Source of the DNA: Candidatus Methylomirabilota bacterium
Lineage (GTDB): Bacteria; Methylomirabilota; Methylomirabilia; Rokubacteriales; CSP1-6
DNA length: 59,089 nucleotides
Assembly (NCBI GenBank): GCA_046726415.1
Contig: JBKPAK010000097.1
Span: forward strand, 1 to 59,089
Reading direction: 5' to 3'
Positions 10,046 through 19,824 of the stretch are shown here, in pieces. The first letter of the stretch is position 1; each line of letters opens with the position of its first letter. Below the pieces are notes generated by a model. That model saw nothing but the letters and a program-made list of their open reading frames with translations. It had not been told where the DNA came from and searched no databases. The translations under genes were made by a program, and so were the position numbers.

Positions 10046-11182
10046 ATGACGACCGAGATCTCGGATATCCGTGGCGTCGAGGATTTCTGCACCGGACTGG
10101 CCTTCTATGGCACCGGAGGCGGCGGGCGCGTGGAGGCCGGAGTCGATCTGCTCGCCCCGGCGATCCGCGCGGGAAAGCGGATCACCCTCGTGAGCCCGGA
10201 GGAGCTGAGCGACGACACCTGGACCTGCTGGGCTATCATCCTCGGCGGTCGCGACCCGGATGAGCCGCCGGCTGCCGATGAGCTGGCCCAGTTCGGGCTG
10301 CGCGAAGAGCGCTACGAGCTGGTGCCGCGACTGGCCGCCTCTGCGCGTGAGCTGAGCGAGTTCATGCGAATTCGCCTGGGGGCGCTCGTCTCCATGGAGC
10401 TGTCGAGCGCGGCTACGGCGGCGACGATCCTCACGGGACTCGAGCTGGGGATTCCCACCCTCGACAGCGACTACGTGGGGCGCGCCATTCCCGAGGTCGG
10501 ACTTTCCAAGATGGATCTACTCGGCCGGCCACCGACCCCCATGGTCATGATCGACCGCTGGGGCAACGTGACCATCCTCAAGTCCACGGTCGGCGCGGCC
10601 ATGGCGGACCGGCTCGGCCGGATGGTCAGCCGAGCCGCCTACGGCAAGGGCATCGGGACGACCGGCCACCTCGCGCAAGTCCGAGAGGCCCGTGCGGCGT
10701 TCGTGCGGGGCAGCCTGCTGCGCGCGATCCGGGTGGGCGAGGCGCTGCGTCGCGGCGCGACCTCCCGGGAAGGAGTGGCGCCCCTGATCGAAGCCACGGG
10801 GGGCCGCGTACTGTTCGAGGCCGAAGCCGTCGCCACCGACTGGCTCAGCAACGAGCCATACACCTTCCGCCAGCTCATCTATCGGATGAAGGGAGTCGGG
10901 CGCTTCGCGGGAGCCACCTACCGGATCTGGGTGAAGAACGAGCATCATGTCGTCTGGCGCGACGAGCAGGTGATCGCCACGAGTCCGGACATCATCGCCG
11001 TGCTCGACGCCGAGACGCTCAAGCCGCTCACCACCTTGGGCGACGTCACGTCCGGCCGACGCGTGAGCGTGTTCGCCACCCGCGCGCAAGATCCGGCCTG
11101 GCATTCGCCACCGGGTCTCGCCCTCCTGGGACCACGCCACTTCGGCTTCGACTTCGATTACGTGCCCTTCGACCAGACCTGA
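10046..11182 (+). CDS. DUF917 family protein
   Basis: GTGGGG, D-x-VGRAIPE, KNE, TSPDII, LGPRHFGF motifs; AGGAG RBS. Confidence 0.85.
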   Translation: MTTEISDIRGVEDFCTGLAFYGTGGGGRVEAGVDLLAPAIRAGKRITLVSPEELSDDTWTCWAIILGGRDPDEPPAADELAQFGLREERYELVPRLAASARELSEFMRIRLGALVSMELSSAATAATILTGLELGIPTLDSDYVGRAIPEVGLSKMDLLGRPPTPMVMIDRWGNVTILKSTVGAAMADRLGRMVSRAAYGKGIGTTGHLAQVREARAAFVRGSLLRAIRVGEALRRGATSREGVAPLIEATGGRVLFEAEAVATDWLSNEPYTFRQLIYRMKGVGRFAGATYRIWVKNEHHVVWRDEQVIATSPDIIAVLDAETLKPLTTLGDVTSGRRVSVFATRAQDPAWHSPPGLALLGPRHFGFDFDYVPFDQT

Positions 11183-11196
11183 TCCGGTCCCGACGA

Positions 11197-12897
11197 CTAA
11201 TGACTGTCGAAGACCTCCTGATACTTCTCGAGATGGCCTCGAAGCGCGTCCAACTCAGCGCCGGTCGGGCTGGCGGGATCCGATACCGGCGGCGGGCTCC
11301 CGAAGCGCATCAGGCACGCCATGAGGAGCAGGCGCGCCTTGGTCGCGGTGAGATTGCCGCCGCCCAGGAACACGCCGCGCGGGGGCGTGAACCCTTCGTT
11401 GTTACCCCGGCCCACACATACGACCGGCAGCCCGCTGCGCGCTGCCCGCAGCATCGCCGCCCATCGCCGGGGCGAGCTCATGGTGCCGTATGGCGCGTGA
11501 CCCTCGATGACGAAGCCGGCCAGCGAGTGGTGGCGGAGGTTTCGCTCGGTCTCGGCGAGGATGTCGACTTCCGTCTCCGGATTGCCCAGGTGGTCGTCGT
11601 CCAGATAGCTCACATCCTTCACGATGGTGACCCGAGGGATGGCGGTGTCGAGCAGATCTCCTCGCGCGTCCTTGACGGCCACCGCGACCTTCCGCAGGCC
11701 GCCGCCGTCGGCGCGGAGCACGCCGGTGACTTCGCGGGGGAGGCGGCTGACGTTCACCGCTGAGAGATAGGTGTGGCGCCGGGCCGGGACATAGGTGAGC
11801 CTCGGCGAGGCTCCGTGGCCGACCCCGCCGATGATCCCGCCGTGGCCCCCGGTGACCACGTAACCGCCGGGGCGAGCGTCGCCCTTCTGCACGTCGCGGG
11901 AGGCGAAGATTTGCTGCTCCTGGATGAGGACGACGCCCGCGCGGTCGCGCCCGGTCTCGTCCGCCCACACGCGGGAGGCGATGTACTCCACGGCATCCAC
12001 GAGATTCTTGTCGCCGTCGTTGCTGATCATCCCGTGCGGCCGCTGGGAGGCATTGCCGACGATCGGCATGGTCGTGTCGATCAGCAGGTTGAACCAGTAG
12101 ATCGTCTCCTCGATGCGCGGACTGCCCTGGGTCCAGATGGCTCCGTCGTAGCGACCCTCCCCCAGCACACGCTGGACGTCGTTCGTCAGTCGGGCGAGCA
12201 CGGGCCGCGGAGGTGAGGCGGCGATGTGATACGGCCGGTACGGAAAGAAGTCGCGGCCGCGCGCCTCGGACGGGATGTCGCCCTGACCGACGTCCGTCCG
12301 CTCTGCGGCCGGAAGCCCTCTCGTATACCCAGCCGGCGGAAGCGGGCGGTAGAAATCCACGTCGGCGCGCGAGGAAATCAGGTTGCCCAAACCATGGTCG
12401 CCCACCCCGAGGCGGTCGATCTCCTCGAAGCTTCGGGCGCCGTCGGGGTAGAACGGCTGGCGGGCCAGATGGGCGGGGGCGCCGGGATAGGCGCATTCCT
12501 CGTCCCAGGGTCGCCCATCCGCCTGGCGCGCCATGTAGGGAAGTGGATACAGGCCGTCTTCGGGGCGCAGCACGACTTCGTACACCGGCAGATCCGTCTC
12601 GGCCTGGCGTTCCCGGTGGAAGACTCCCCGGGCGTCGAGGTAGCCGTCGGGAGGGCCGTAGAGCGGGGCGGCATCGCGCTCCAAGGGATGGGCGCTGAAC
12701 TGCTCGACGTAGACCGTGACCGGCGCGGCGAGCCGCTGTGGCCGGAGGACATCGAACCGCGCCGGGCTTCCGTTGGGATTCGTCAGCGCGGGCAGCCCAT
12801 ACTTTTCGCGCGCTTTGCTGGACGTGACGAGGGGCGGGCTGTTCTGGATGGTGGCGTTGGGCCCGGCGAAGTGGGCGATTCTCGGTCGGGTGGCCAT
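11197..12897 (-). CDS. Asparaginase-domain protein
   Basis: GPNATIQ N-terminus, QGSPRIEET, NASQRP, GNLTATKARLLLM. Confidence 0.75.
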   Translation of the reverse strand: MATRPRIAHFAGPNATIQNSPPLVTSSKAREKYGLPALTNPNGSPARFDVLRPQRLAAPVTVYVEQFSAHPLERDAAPLYGPPDGYLDARGVFHRERQAETDLPVYEVVLRPEDGLYPLPYMARQADGRPWDEECAYPGAPAHLARQPFYPDGARSFEEIDRLGVGDHGLGNLISSRADVDFYRPLPPAGYTRGLPAAERTDVGQGDIPSEARGRDFFPYRPYHIAASPPRPVLARLTNDVQRVLGEGRYDGAIWTQGSPRIEETIYWFNLLIDTTMPIVGNASQRPHGMISNDGDKNLVDAVEYIASRVWADETGRDRAGVVLIQEQQIFASRDVQKGDARPGGYVVTGGHGGIIGGVGHGASPRLTYVPARRHTYLSAVNVSRLPREVTGVLRADGGGLRKVAVAVKDARGDLLDTAIPRVTIVKDVSYLDDDHLGNPETEVDILAETERNLRHHSLAGFVIEGHAPYGTMSSPRRWAAMLRAARSGLPVVCVGRGNNEGFTPPRGVFLGGGNLTATKARLLLMACLMRFGSPPPVSDPASPTGAELDALRGHLEKYQEVFDSH

Positions 12898-12968
12898 CGG
12901 CGGCTCCTCCGCGCCGAGCGTACCACGAGCCTTCCGGCCCCCTCACCGGGTGCGCGCCCCATCCACTG

Positions 12969-12998
12969 TTGACAGGTGCGCCTCCTGCCTGGTAGCGT
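12969..12998 (+). promoter_or_regulatory. Sigma70-type promoter of first ABC binding protein
   Basis: TTGACA-N18-TG(G)TAGCGT; conserved upstream of the paralogue. Confidence 0.65.
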
Positions 12999-13156
12999 CC
13001 GCCAACCACGGGAAGCTCCCTCTCGGGGCGCTAGTCACGCGACGCGGCTCATGTCGTCGGCAGTCTGGCCTGGCGGGAGCCGGCGGGCGAGTCCCGGACG
13101 AGGGTTCAGGAATTGCTCCTTGTCCACCGTCCCTCAACGTTCGCGGGAGGTGTTAG

Positions 13157-14776
13157 ATGGCGGTAGGAATCCGACGTCACCGGACCCATATCACCGTTGT
13201 GGCCCTCGCTCTCGTCCTCGGCGCGATGGTGATGGCCACCCACGCCACGGCCCAGACGGCGGAGACTCCGCGCCGGGGCGGCATCCTGCTGGCGGTCATC
13301 GGCGCCGACCCGCCGAGCCTCGACCCCCACCAGGAGAGCACTTTCGCCAACATCCAGCTGGTGGCGCCGCTCTACAGCACGCTGCTCCAGTTCGACCCGT
13401 ACAGCTATCCGAAGATCATCGGGGACGCGGCCACCGAGTGGAAGATCGCGCCCGACGGCCGGACGTACACCTTCAAGATCCGTCCGGGGATCAAGTTCCA
13501 CGACGGCTCGCCGCTGACGGCCGCCGACGTCAAGGCCACCTACGACAAGATCGTCCGCCCACCGGAGGGGGTCCGCAGCACCCGGAAGAACGCCTACACC
13601 GAGATCGAGCGCATCGAGGCCCCCGACGCGAGCACCGTGGTGTTCAAGCTCAAGTTCCCCTCCGCGTCCCTGCTGGCAAACCTGGCCTCGCCGTGGAACG
13701 TCATCTTCCCGAAAAAGTACCTGGACAAGGATCCCAACTATTTCAAGACGAACGTCATGGGCTCTGGTCCCTTCAAGCTCAAGAACTACACGCGCGGGTC
13801 GACGTTCGAGGGGGAACGGAACCCGGACTACTTCATCAAGGACCGGCCATACCTCGACGGCTACAAGTTCTTCATCAGTCCCGAGACCGCGGTGCGGGCC
13901 GCCGCCATCCGCTCGGGACGCGCCTACATCGAGTTCCGCGACCTGCCCAACTCTGAAGTCGAGGCCATCAAGAAACAGCTGGGGAACAAGGTCACCGTCC
14001 AGGAAACGCCCATGGTCGGTCAGTTCGGGATCGCCATCAACAACACGGTGAAGCCGTTCACCGACGCGCGCGTCCGCAGGGCCGTGACCCTGGGGTTCGA
14101 TCGCTACACGGCCGGCAAGGTGCTGTACGGGATCACCGGACTCAAGCTCGTCGGCGGATTGATGCGCCCGGGCACGGAGTTCGCGCTGCCGGAAGCCGAA
14201 CTTCAGAAGATGCCCGGCTTCTGGAAGGACGCCGACAAGAGCCGGGCCGAGGCCAAGCGGCTCCTGGCCGAGGCCGGCTACCCCAACGGCCTGAAGGTCG
14301 TCCTGAAAAACCGCAACGTGAAGCTCCCGTACCAGGACTTCGCGGTGTACGCGATCCAGGAATGGCGGAAGATTGGCATCGAGGTGGAGAACCGGCCGCT
14401 CGAGACGGCGGCGTGGTTCTCGGACGGACAGGACACCGGCAACTTCGAGCTGATCGTCGCCCCGACGGTCGAGTTCGCCGACGATCCCGATCAGTTCCTC
14501 GGTCGGTACGTCACCGGCAGCACCCAGAACTGGGGTCGCTTCTCCGACCCGAGGGTCGACGACCTGTTCTCGCGGCAGGCCCGGACCCTCGACCCCGCCG
14601 AGCGCAAGAAGCTCTGCAACGACATCGAGAAGCTCGTCCTCGAGAACGCGTACTACATGCCGGGCCTCTGGTGGACGCGGAACGTCGTGCACCTGACCAA
14701 GGTCAAGAATTACGTGGCGCCGCCCAGTCACTACACCAACCAGAAGCTCCAGGACGTCTGGCTAGCGGAGGATTGA
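13157..14776 (+). CDS. Family-5 (Opp/Dpp-type) ABC substrate-binding protein, copy 1
   Basis: Signal peptide, SLDPH, KFHDGSPLTAADV, GSGPF. Confidence 0.92.
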   Translation: MAVGIRRHRTHITVVALALVLGAMVMATHATAQTAETPRRGGILLAVIGADPPSLDPHQESTFANIQLVAPLYSTLLQFDPYSYPKIIGDAATEWKIAPDGRTYTFKIRPGIKFHDGSPLTAADVKATYDKIVRPPEGVRSTRKNAYTEIERIEAPDASTVVFKLKFPSASLLANLASPWNVIFPKKYLDKDPNYFKTNVMGSGPFKLKNYTRGSTFEGERNPDYFIKDRPYLDGYKFFISPETAVRAAAIRSGRAYIEFRDLPNSEVEAIKKQLGNKVTVQETPMVGQFGIAINNTVKPFTDARVRRAVTLGFDRYTAGKVLYGITGLKLVGGLMRPGTEFALPEAELQKMPGFWKDADKSRAEAKRLLAEAGYPNGLKVVLKNRNVKLPYQDFAVYAIQEWRKIGIEVENRPLETAAWFSDGQDTGNFELIVAPTVEFADDPDQFLGRYVTGSTQNWGRFSDPRVDDLFSRQARTLDPAERKKLCNDIEKLVLENAYYMPGLWWTRNVVHLTKVKNYVAPPSHYTNQKLQDVWLAED

Positions 14777-14806
14777 GCGTCCACCGGGGTTGACAGCAAT
14801 CACCAA

Positions 14807-14835
14807 TTGACAGGTGCGCGAGCCCTTGGTAGCGT
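14807..14835 (+). promoter_or_regulatory. Sigma70-type promoter of second ABC binding protein
   Basis: TTGACA-N17-TG(G)TAGCGT; extra TTGACA at 14790. Confidence 0.68.
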
Positions 14836-14893
14836 CCGCCGAAGGCTGAGGGCTCACCGTCCACCGTCCCCCAACGTTCGCGGGAGGTGTCAG

Positions 14894-16513
14894 ATGGCGG
14901 CAGGAATCCGACGTTCCCGGGCGCTCGTCACCGTCGTTGCCCTTGCTGTTCTGTTCGGCTCGGTGGGCGTGGCCGTCCAGGTCACGGGCCAAGGGGCGGA
15001 GACCCCGCGGCGGGGAGGGGTCTTGCTGGCGGCCATCGGCGCCGACGCGCCGGGCCTCGATCCCCATCAGGAGCAAACTTTCGCCACCCTCCAGCCGGTG
15101 GCCCCGCTCTATAGCACGCTCTTGCAGATCGATCCCTACAGCTATCCGAACGTCATCGGCGATGTGGCCAGCGAGTGGAAGATTTCGCCCGACGGGCTGA
15201 CCTACACGTTCAAGATCCGTCAGGGCATCCGATTCCACGACGGCTCGCCGCTGACGGCCGCCGACGTCAAGGCCAGCTACGACAAGATCCTCTTCCCACC
15301 GGAAGGGGTCCGGAGCATCAGGAAGCACCACTACTCGGCGGTCGGGAGCGTCGAGGCGCCGGATCCGAGCACCGTGGTGTTCAAGCTCAAGTTCCCGTCG
15401 GCCTCGCTCCTGGCGAACCTGGCCTCGCCATGGAATGTGATCTTCCCGAAGAAGTACCTCGACAAGGATCCGAACTACTTCAAGAAGAACGTGGTCGGCT
15501 CCGGGCCGTTCAAGTTCAAGAGCTACACGCCCGGATCGACGTTCGAGGGCGAGCGGAATCCCGACTACTTCGTGAAGGACCGGCCCTACCTCAACGGGTA
15601 CAAGTTCTTCATCAGCACCGAGACCTCCGTGCGCGCGGCGGCGATCCGGTCCGGCCGCGCCTACATCGAGTTCCGCGACCTGCCGGACGCCGAGGTGGAG
15701 GCGATCAAGAAGCAGCTCGGCGACAAGGTCGTCGTCCAGCACACACCCTTCGTCATCAATTTCGGCGTGGCGATCAACAACACCGTGAAGCCGTTCACGG
15801 ACGTTCGCGTCCGCAAGGCGCTCACCTTGGGTATCGATCGCTACACGGCGAGCCGGGCGCTGTTCAAGCTCACCGGCCTCAAGGAAGTCGGGGGGCTCAC
15901 CCGTCCGGGCACGGAGTGGGCGATGTCGCCGGCCGAGCTCGAGACGTTTCCCGGCTTCTGGCGGGACGCCGAGAAGAGCCGGGCCGAGGCGAAGAAGCTC
16001 CTGGCCGAGGCGGGCTACCCTAACGGCTTCAAGGTCGTGCTGAAGAACCGCAACATCAAGCTGCCGTACCAGGACTGGGCGGTGTACGTGATCCAGGAGT
16101 GGAGGAAGATCGGGATCGAGGCCGAGAACCGGCCGCTCGAGACCGCGTCCTGGTACGCGGACGCACGTGACCAGGGCAACTTCGAGATGACGGTCTACCC
16201 GTACGGCGCGTTCATCGACGATCCCGACCAGCTGCTGGCCCCGTTCACCACGGGGTCCCCGCAGAACTGGGCCCGGTTCTCGAACCCGGCCCTCGACGAT
16301 CTGTACGCGCGGCAGGCCCGGACGCTCGACCCGGCCGAGCGCCGAAAGCTCGTCATCGAGCTCCAGAAGATCGTGCTCGAGAACGCGTACCACATGCCGG
16401 GTCTCTGGTGGACGCGGAACGCCGTGCACTGGGCGAAGGTGAAGAACTGGATCGCGCCGCCAAGCCACTTCACCAACCAGAAGCTCCAGGACGTCTGGCT
16501 GGCCGAAGATTGA
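14894..16513 (+). CDS. Family-5 ABC substrate-binding protein, copy 2 (tandem paralogue)
   Basis: Same length as copy 1 with long identical stretches; GGGAGG RBS. Confidence 0.92.
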   Translation: MAAGIRRSRALVTVVALAVLFGSVGVAVQVTGQGAETPRRGGVLLAAIGADAPGLDPHQEQTFATLQPVAPLYSTLLQIDPYSYPNVIGDVASEWKISPDGLTYTFKIRQGIRFHDGSPLTAADVKASYDKILFPPEGVRSIRKHHYSAVGSVEAPDPSTVVFKLKFPSASLLANLASPWNVIFPKKYLDKDPNYFKKNVVGSGPFKFKSYTPGSTFEGERNPDYFVKDRPYLNGYKFFISTETSVRAAAIRSGRAYIEFRDLPDAEVEAIKKQLGDKVVVQHTPFVINFGVAINNTVKPFTDVRVRKALTLGIDRYTASRALFKLTGLKEVGGLTRPGTEWAMSPAELETFPGFWRDAEKSRAEAKKLLAEAGYPNGFKVVLKNRNIKLPYQDWAVYVIQEWRKIGIEAENRPLETASWYADARDQGNFEMTVYPYGAFIDDPDQLLAPFTTGSPQNWARFSNPALDDLYARQARTLDPAERRKLVIELQKIVLENAYHMPGLWWTRNAVHWAKVKNWIAPPSHFTNQKLQDVWLAED

Positions 16514-16533
16514 TCGGGCGAGGCTGACGCGGC

Positions 16534-17490
16534 ATGCGCACCTACATTCTGAAGCGACTGCTCCTGATCATCCCCACCTTGCTCGGCGCCGCCGCCCTGG
16601 TCTTCGTGATCATGCGCGTCATCCCCGGGGACGTGGCGCTGTTGATCTTCGGTGGTGACCAGGCCGGCCACATCGACCCCAAGCAACTGGCCGCCATGCG
16701 CAGCCGGCTCGGGCTGGATCAACCTCTGCTGGTCCAGTTCGGCACGTGGCTGTGGGGGGTGCTCCGCCTCGACTTCGGCAACTCGCTCTGGACCGGGCGT
16801 CCGGTCCTCGAAGAGCTGCTCGTGCGCCTGCCGCTCTCCCTCGAGCTGGCCCTGGCGGCCACGTTCGTCTCGGTGCTGATCGCGATTCCCTTCGGCATGC
16901 TGGCCGCCGTGCGCCAGGACACCTGGGTCGACTACGTCTTGCGCGTGATCAGCATCGGCGGCCTCGCCATCCCATCATTCTGGGTGGGGATCCTCTGCAT
17001 CCTGTTCCTCGTGATCTTCTTTGGCTGGGGGCCGCCGCTGGAGTTCACGCCATTCTGGGTCAACCCCTGGGCGAACTTCCAACAGATGGTGTGGCCGGTC
17101 CTCACCGTGGGCTATCGGTACGCCGCCGTCACCACCCGCATGACGCGGTCGACCGTGCTGGAGGTGCTGCGGGAGGACTACATCCGCACCGCCTGGGCCA
17201 AGGGGTTGCGCGAGCGAGTCGTCGTCGTCCGCCACGCTCTGAAAAACGCCATGCTGCCGGTGATCACGCTGATCGGGACGGAGTTCGCGTTCCTCATCGG
17301 CGGCCTGGTGGTCACCGAAACCGTGTTCACGCTGAACGGGGTGGGGCGGTTCGTGGTGGACGCGGTGGCCCACCGCGACTATCCGGTCGTGCAGGCGCTG
17401 GTCTTCCTGATCGCCTTCGCCTTCGTGATCGTGAACCTCTTGGTGGACCTGACCTACGCGTGGTTCGACCCACGCATCCGCTATCGGTAG
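16534..17490 (+). CDS. Opp/Dpp-type ABC permease (B)
   Basis: IPGD, LDFGNSL, EDYIRTAWAKGL, DPRIRY. Confidence 0.93.
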   Translation: MRTYILKRLLLIIPTLLGAAALVFVIMRVIPGDVALLIFGGDQAGHIDPKQLAAMRSRLGLDQPLLVQFGTWLWGVLRLDFGNSLWTGRPVLEELLVRLPLSLELALAATFVSVLIAIPFGMLAAVRQDTWVDYVLRVISIGGLAIPSFWVGILCILFLVIFFGWGPPLEFTPFWVNPWANFQQMVWPVLTVGYRYAAVTTRMTRSTVLEVLREDYIRTAWAKGLRERVVVVRHALKNAMLPVITLIGTEFAFLIGGLVVTETVFTLNGVGRFVVDAVAHRDYPVVQALVFLIAFAFVIVNLLVDLTYAWFDPRIRYR

Positions 17491-17492
17491 CT

Positions 17493-18401
17493 ATGGCCAC
17501 CACCGATCACGCGCTGACTCACGTTGCCGCTACTACGCCCCTGGCGCCGCAGCTGACCGTCGGCGAGACCATCGTCAAGTTCATCCGGACGAAGCCGCTC
17601 GGGGCCGGCGGGGCCTTCATCATCCTGGCCATGGCCTTCGTCGCGTCCTTCGCAGAGGTGCTCGCGCCGTATGACCCCTACCATGGGAACTATGCCCTGC
17701 AGTTCGCGCGGCCGAGTGCGGAGCACTGGTTTGGCACCGACGAGTTCGGCCGCGACATCCTCAGCCGGATCATGTACGGGGCGCGCATCGCGCTCTTCGT
17801 CGGCTTCTCGGCATCGTTCCTGGGGTGCACCATCGGCGGGTTCCTGGGCGTGTTCAGCGCCTACTCGGGCGGGAAGGTCGATCTCTTCCTGGAGCGATTG
17901 ATGGATATCCTGCTCGCCTTCCCGCAATTGATCCTGGCCCTGGCCATCGCCTCGATCCTGGGCCCCTCGGTGCGCAACGTGATCATCGCCGTATCCATCC
18001 CCATCATTCCGCGCGCGGCGCGGGTGGTGAGGGCCACCGCGCTGTCGGTGAAGGAGCACCAGTACGTGGAGGCCGTGCAGGCGCTCGGGGCCGCGCGCCG
18101 CCGCGTCATCCTCCAGCACATCGTCCCCAACGTCACCGCCCCGTACCTGATCCTGTTAACCGCGCAGCTGGGTGGCGCCATCCTGGCCGAGGCCGCCCTG
18201 AGCTACCTGGGCTTGGGCACGGCCGAGCCCACGCCCTCGTGGGGCCTGATGCTGTCGGGCTCCGCCCCGTCGTACGCGGAGAAGGCGCCGTGGATCCCGA
18301 TCTTCCCCGGCATCGCCATCAGCCTGGGCGTGTTCGGCTTCAACCTCTTCGGTGATTCCCTGCGCGACGCGCTCGATCCGAAGCTGCGCAAGAAGGGGTG
18401 A
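17493..18401 (+). CDS. Opp/Dpp-type ABC permease (C)
   Basis: HWFGTDEFGRDILSR, EAALSYLGLG, PSWG, GDSLRDALDP. Confidence 0.93.
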   Translation: MATTDHALTHVAATTPLAPQLTVGETIVKFIRTKPLGAGGAFIILAMAFVASFAEVLAPYDPYHGNYALQFARPSAEHWFGTDEFGRDILSRIMYGARIALFVGFSASFLGCTIGGFLGVFSAYSGGKVDLFLERLMDILLAFPQLILALAIASILGPSVRNVIIAVSIPIIPRAARVVRATALSVKEHQYVEAVQALGAARRRVILQHIVPNVTAPYLILLTAQLGGAILAEAALSYLGLGTAEPTPSWGLMLSGSAPSYAEKAPWIPIFPGIAISLGVFGFNLFGDSLRDALDPKLRKKG

Positions 18402-18439
18402 AGACGGAAGCGCGACGCGCCAGGCGCGCTACTGATCCA

Positions 18440-18538
18440 CGAGGCCCACAGGATCGGCAAGAGCGCGACCAGCAGGAACGGCATGAGCCCGGCGTAGATG
18501 CCAATCTGCTTGACCATGCGTCGCTGGCCGGACGTCAT
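18440..18538 (-). pseudogene. N-terminal scrap of carbohydrate ABC permease
   Basis: MTSGQRRMVKQIGIYAGLMPFLLVALLPILW, then loses coherence. Confidence 0.5.
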
Positions 18539-18622
18539 CGCCGTGACGCTGTCGGCGCGTGGGTCCGCGTGGTCACCTGCGGGAGGGCGTGACGGACTGG
18601 GCCCGCGCCCCAGGCCTGGGTG

Positions 18623-19765
18623 TTACGGACCGGGCCCGAGGCCCAGGGCGTGACGGCCGAATTGCTCGGCCGCGACGTCCCAGCTGAGGGCTGCGTGATG
18701 TGACGCGGCGTGAGCGTCGCGATGGAAGCGCTGCATCGGCTCTGATTCCAGCACGGCGCGGGCGCCGCCGGCCTCGAACAGGCGGTTCACCGCCTGCACA
18801 CTGAGCTTGGCGACGAAGGCCTTGTCTCGGCGATAGCGGGCTCGATCGCCCTCGGTGAACTCGTCCCCTCGGGCGGCCTTGTCGAGCATCTCGCGGATGT
18901 CGTGGCGATGGAGCGTGCGAGCCGCGTCCACCTCGGCCGAGGCCTCGGCCAACCGCAGCTGCGCGGCCACAGAATCTGCGGTGCGGCCGGGGCCCGACGT
19001 GCCCCGCAGCCGCGCCGCGAACTCGTCGACGGCGCCCTGGGCGATGCCGACGATCGGCGCCACCAGATCCCATCCCGTCAGGCACCTGAGGGGGACGCGA
19101 TAACTGAGGCGCCGGTGAACCTCCCATCCGGTCCAGTCACCATCGCCCGCGCGGTTCGGATCCAGCGCGCGGTGGGCGGGAACGAACGCATCCTTTACCA
19201 CGACGTCCTTGCTGCCCGACCCACGCATCCCGGAGGCGAACCACGTGTCGACGATGTCGTAGTCCGAGCGTGGAATCAGCAGCCAGATGAGTCCGTTGGG
19301 GCCGGGGCCGGGTATGGCGACCATCGCCCACGTGGCGGGATCGCAGCCGCTCGAGAAACCCCAGCGGCCGGATATCCGGAGGCCGCCGTCCACGGGCTCA
19401 GCCTTCCCACCGGCCGGGTTCAGGCCACTGGAAAAGAGGGTATCCGGCCCGCTGGCGAAGAACTCCTCCTGGGCCTTCTCGGAAAAGTGGCCGAGCCACC
19501 AGTTGTGGACCGTCCACAGGGAGTAGCACCAGGCCGACGACCCGCAGCCACGGCCCAGCTCCCAGCCCACTTCGTGCGCGACGTCCACGTCCACGGCGTG
19601 GCCACCATATCGCTCGGGATTGCCGATCCTGATGAGACCGGAGGACACTAGGTCATGCACCGTTTCGGGGGGAATCTGCCGAAGCTTTTCGGTGCGGGCC
19701 GCGCGCTCCTTGAGAACGGGCACCAGTTGAGACGCGCGCCACAGCAACTCCTCCCGGAGATTCAC
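18623..19765 (-). CDS. Acyl-CoA-dehydrogenase-fold flavin-dependent monooxygenase (HsaA-like)
   Basis: PERYGG, GCGSSAW, SGRWGFSSGCD, DTWFASGMRGSGS, QRFHRD. Confidence 0.87.
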   Translation of the reverse strand: MNLREELLWRASQLVPVLKERAARTEKLRQIPPETVHDLVSSGLIRIGNPERYGGHAVDVDVAHEVGWELGRGCGSSAWCYSLWTVHNWWLGHFSEKAQEEFFASGPDTLFSSGLNPAGGKAEPVDGGLRISGRWGFSSGCDPATWAMVAIPGPGPNGLIWLLIPRSDYDIVDTWFASGMRGSGSKDVVVKDAFVPAHRALDPNRAGDGDWTGWEVHRRLSYRVPLRCLTGWDLVAPIVGIAQGAVDEFAARLRGTSGPGRTADSVAAQLRLAEASAEVDAARTLHRHDIREMLDKAARGDEFTEGDRARYRRDKAFVAKLSVQAVNRLFEAGGARAVLESEPMQRFHRDAHAASHHAALSWDVAAEQFGRHALGLGPGP

Positions 19766-19824
19766 GGCGTCAATGCTACGCCCGAAGGCCCTCGGCGGGC
19801 TACGCCCCTGCGCGCTGGACGCGT

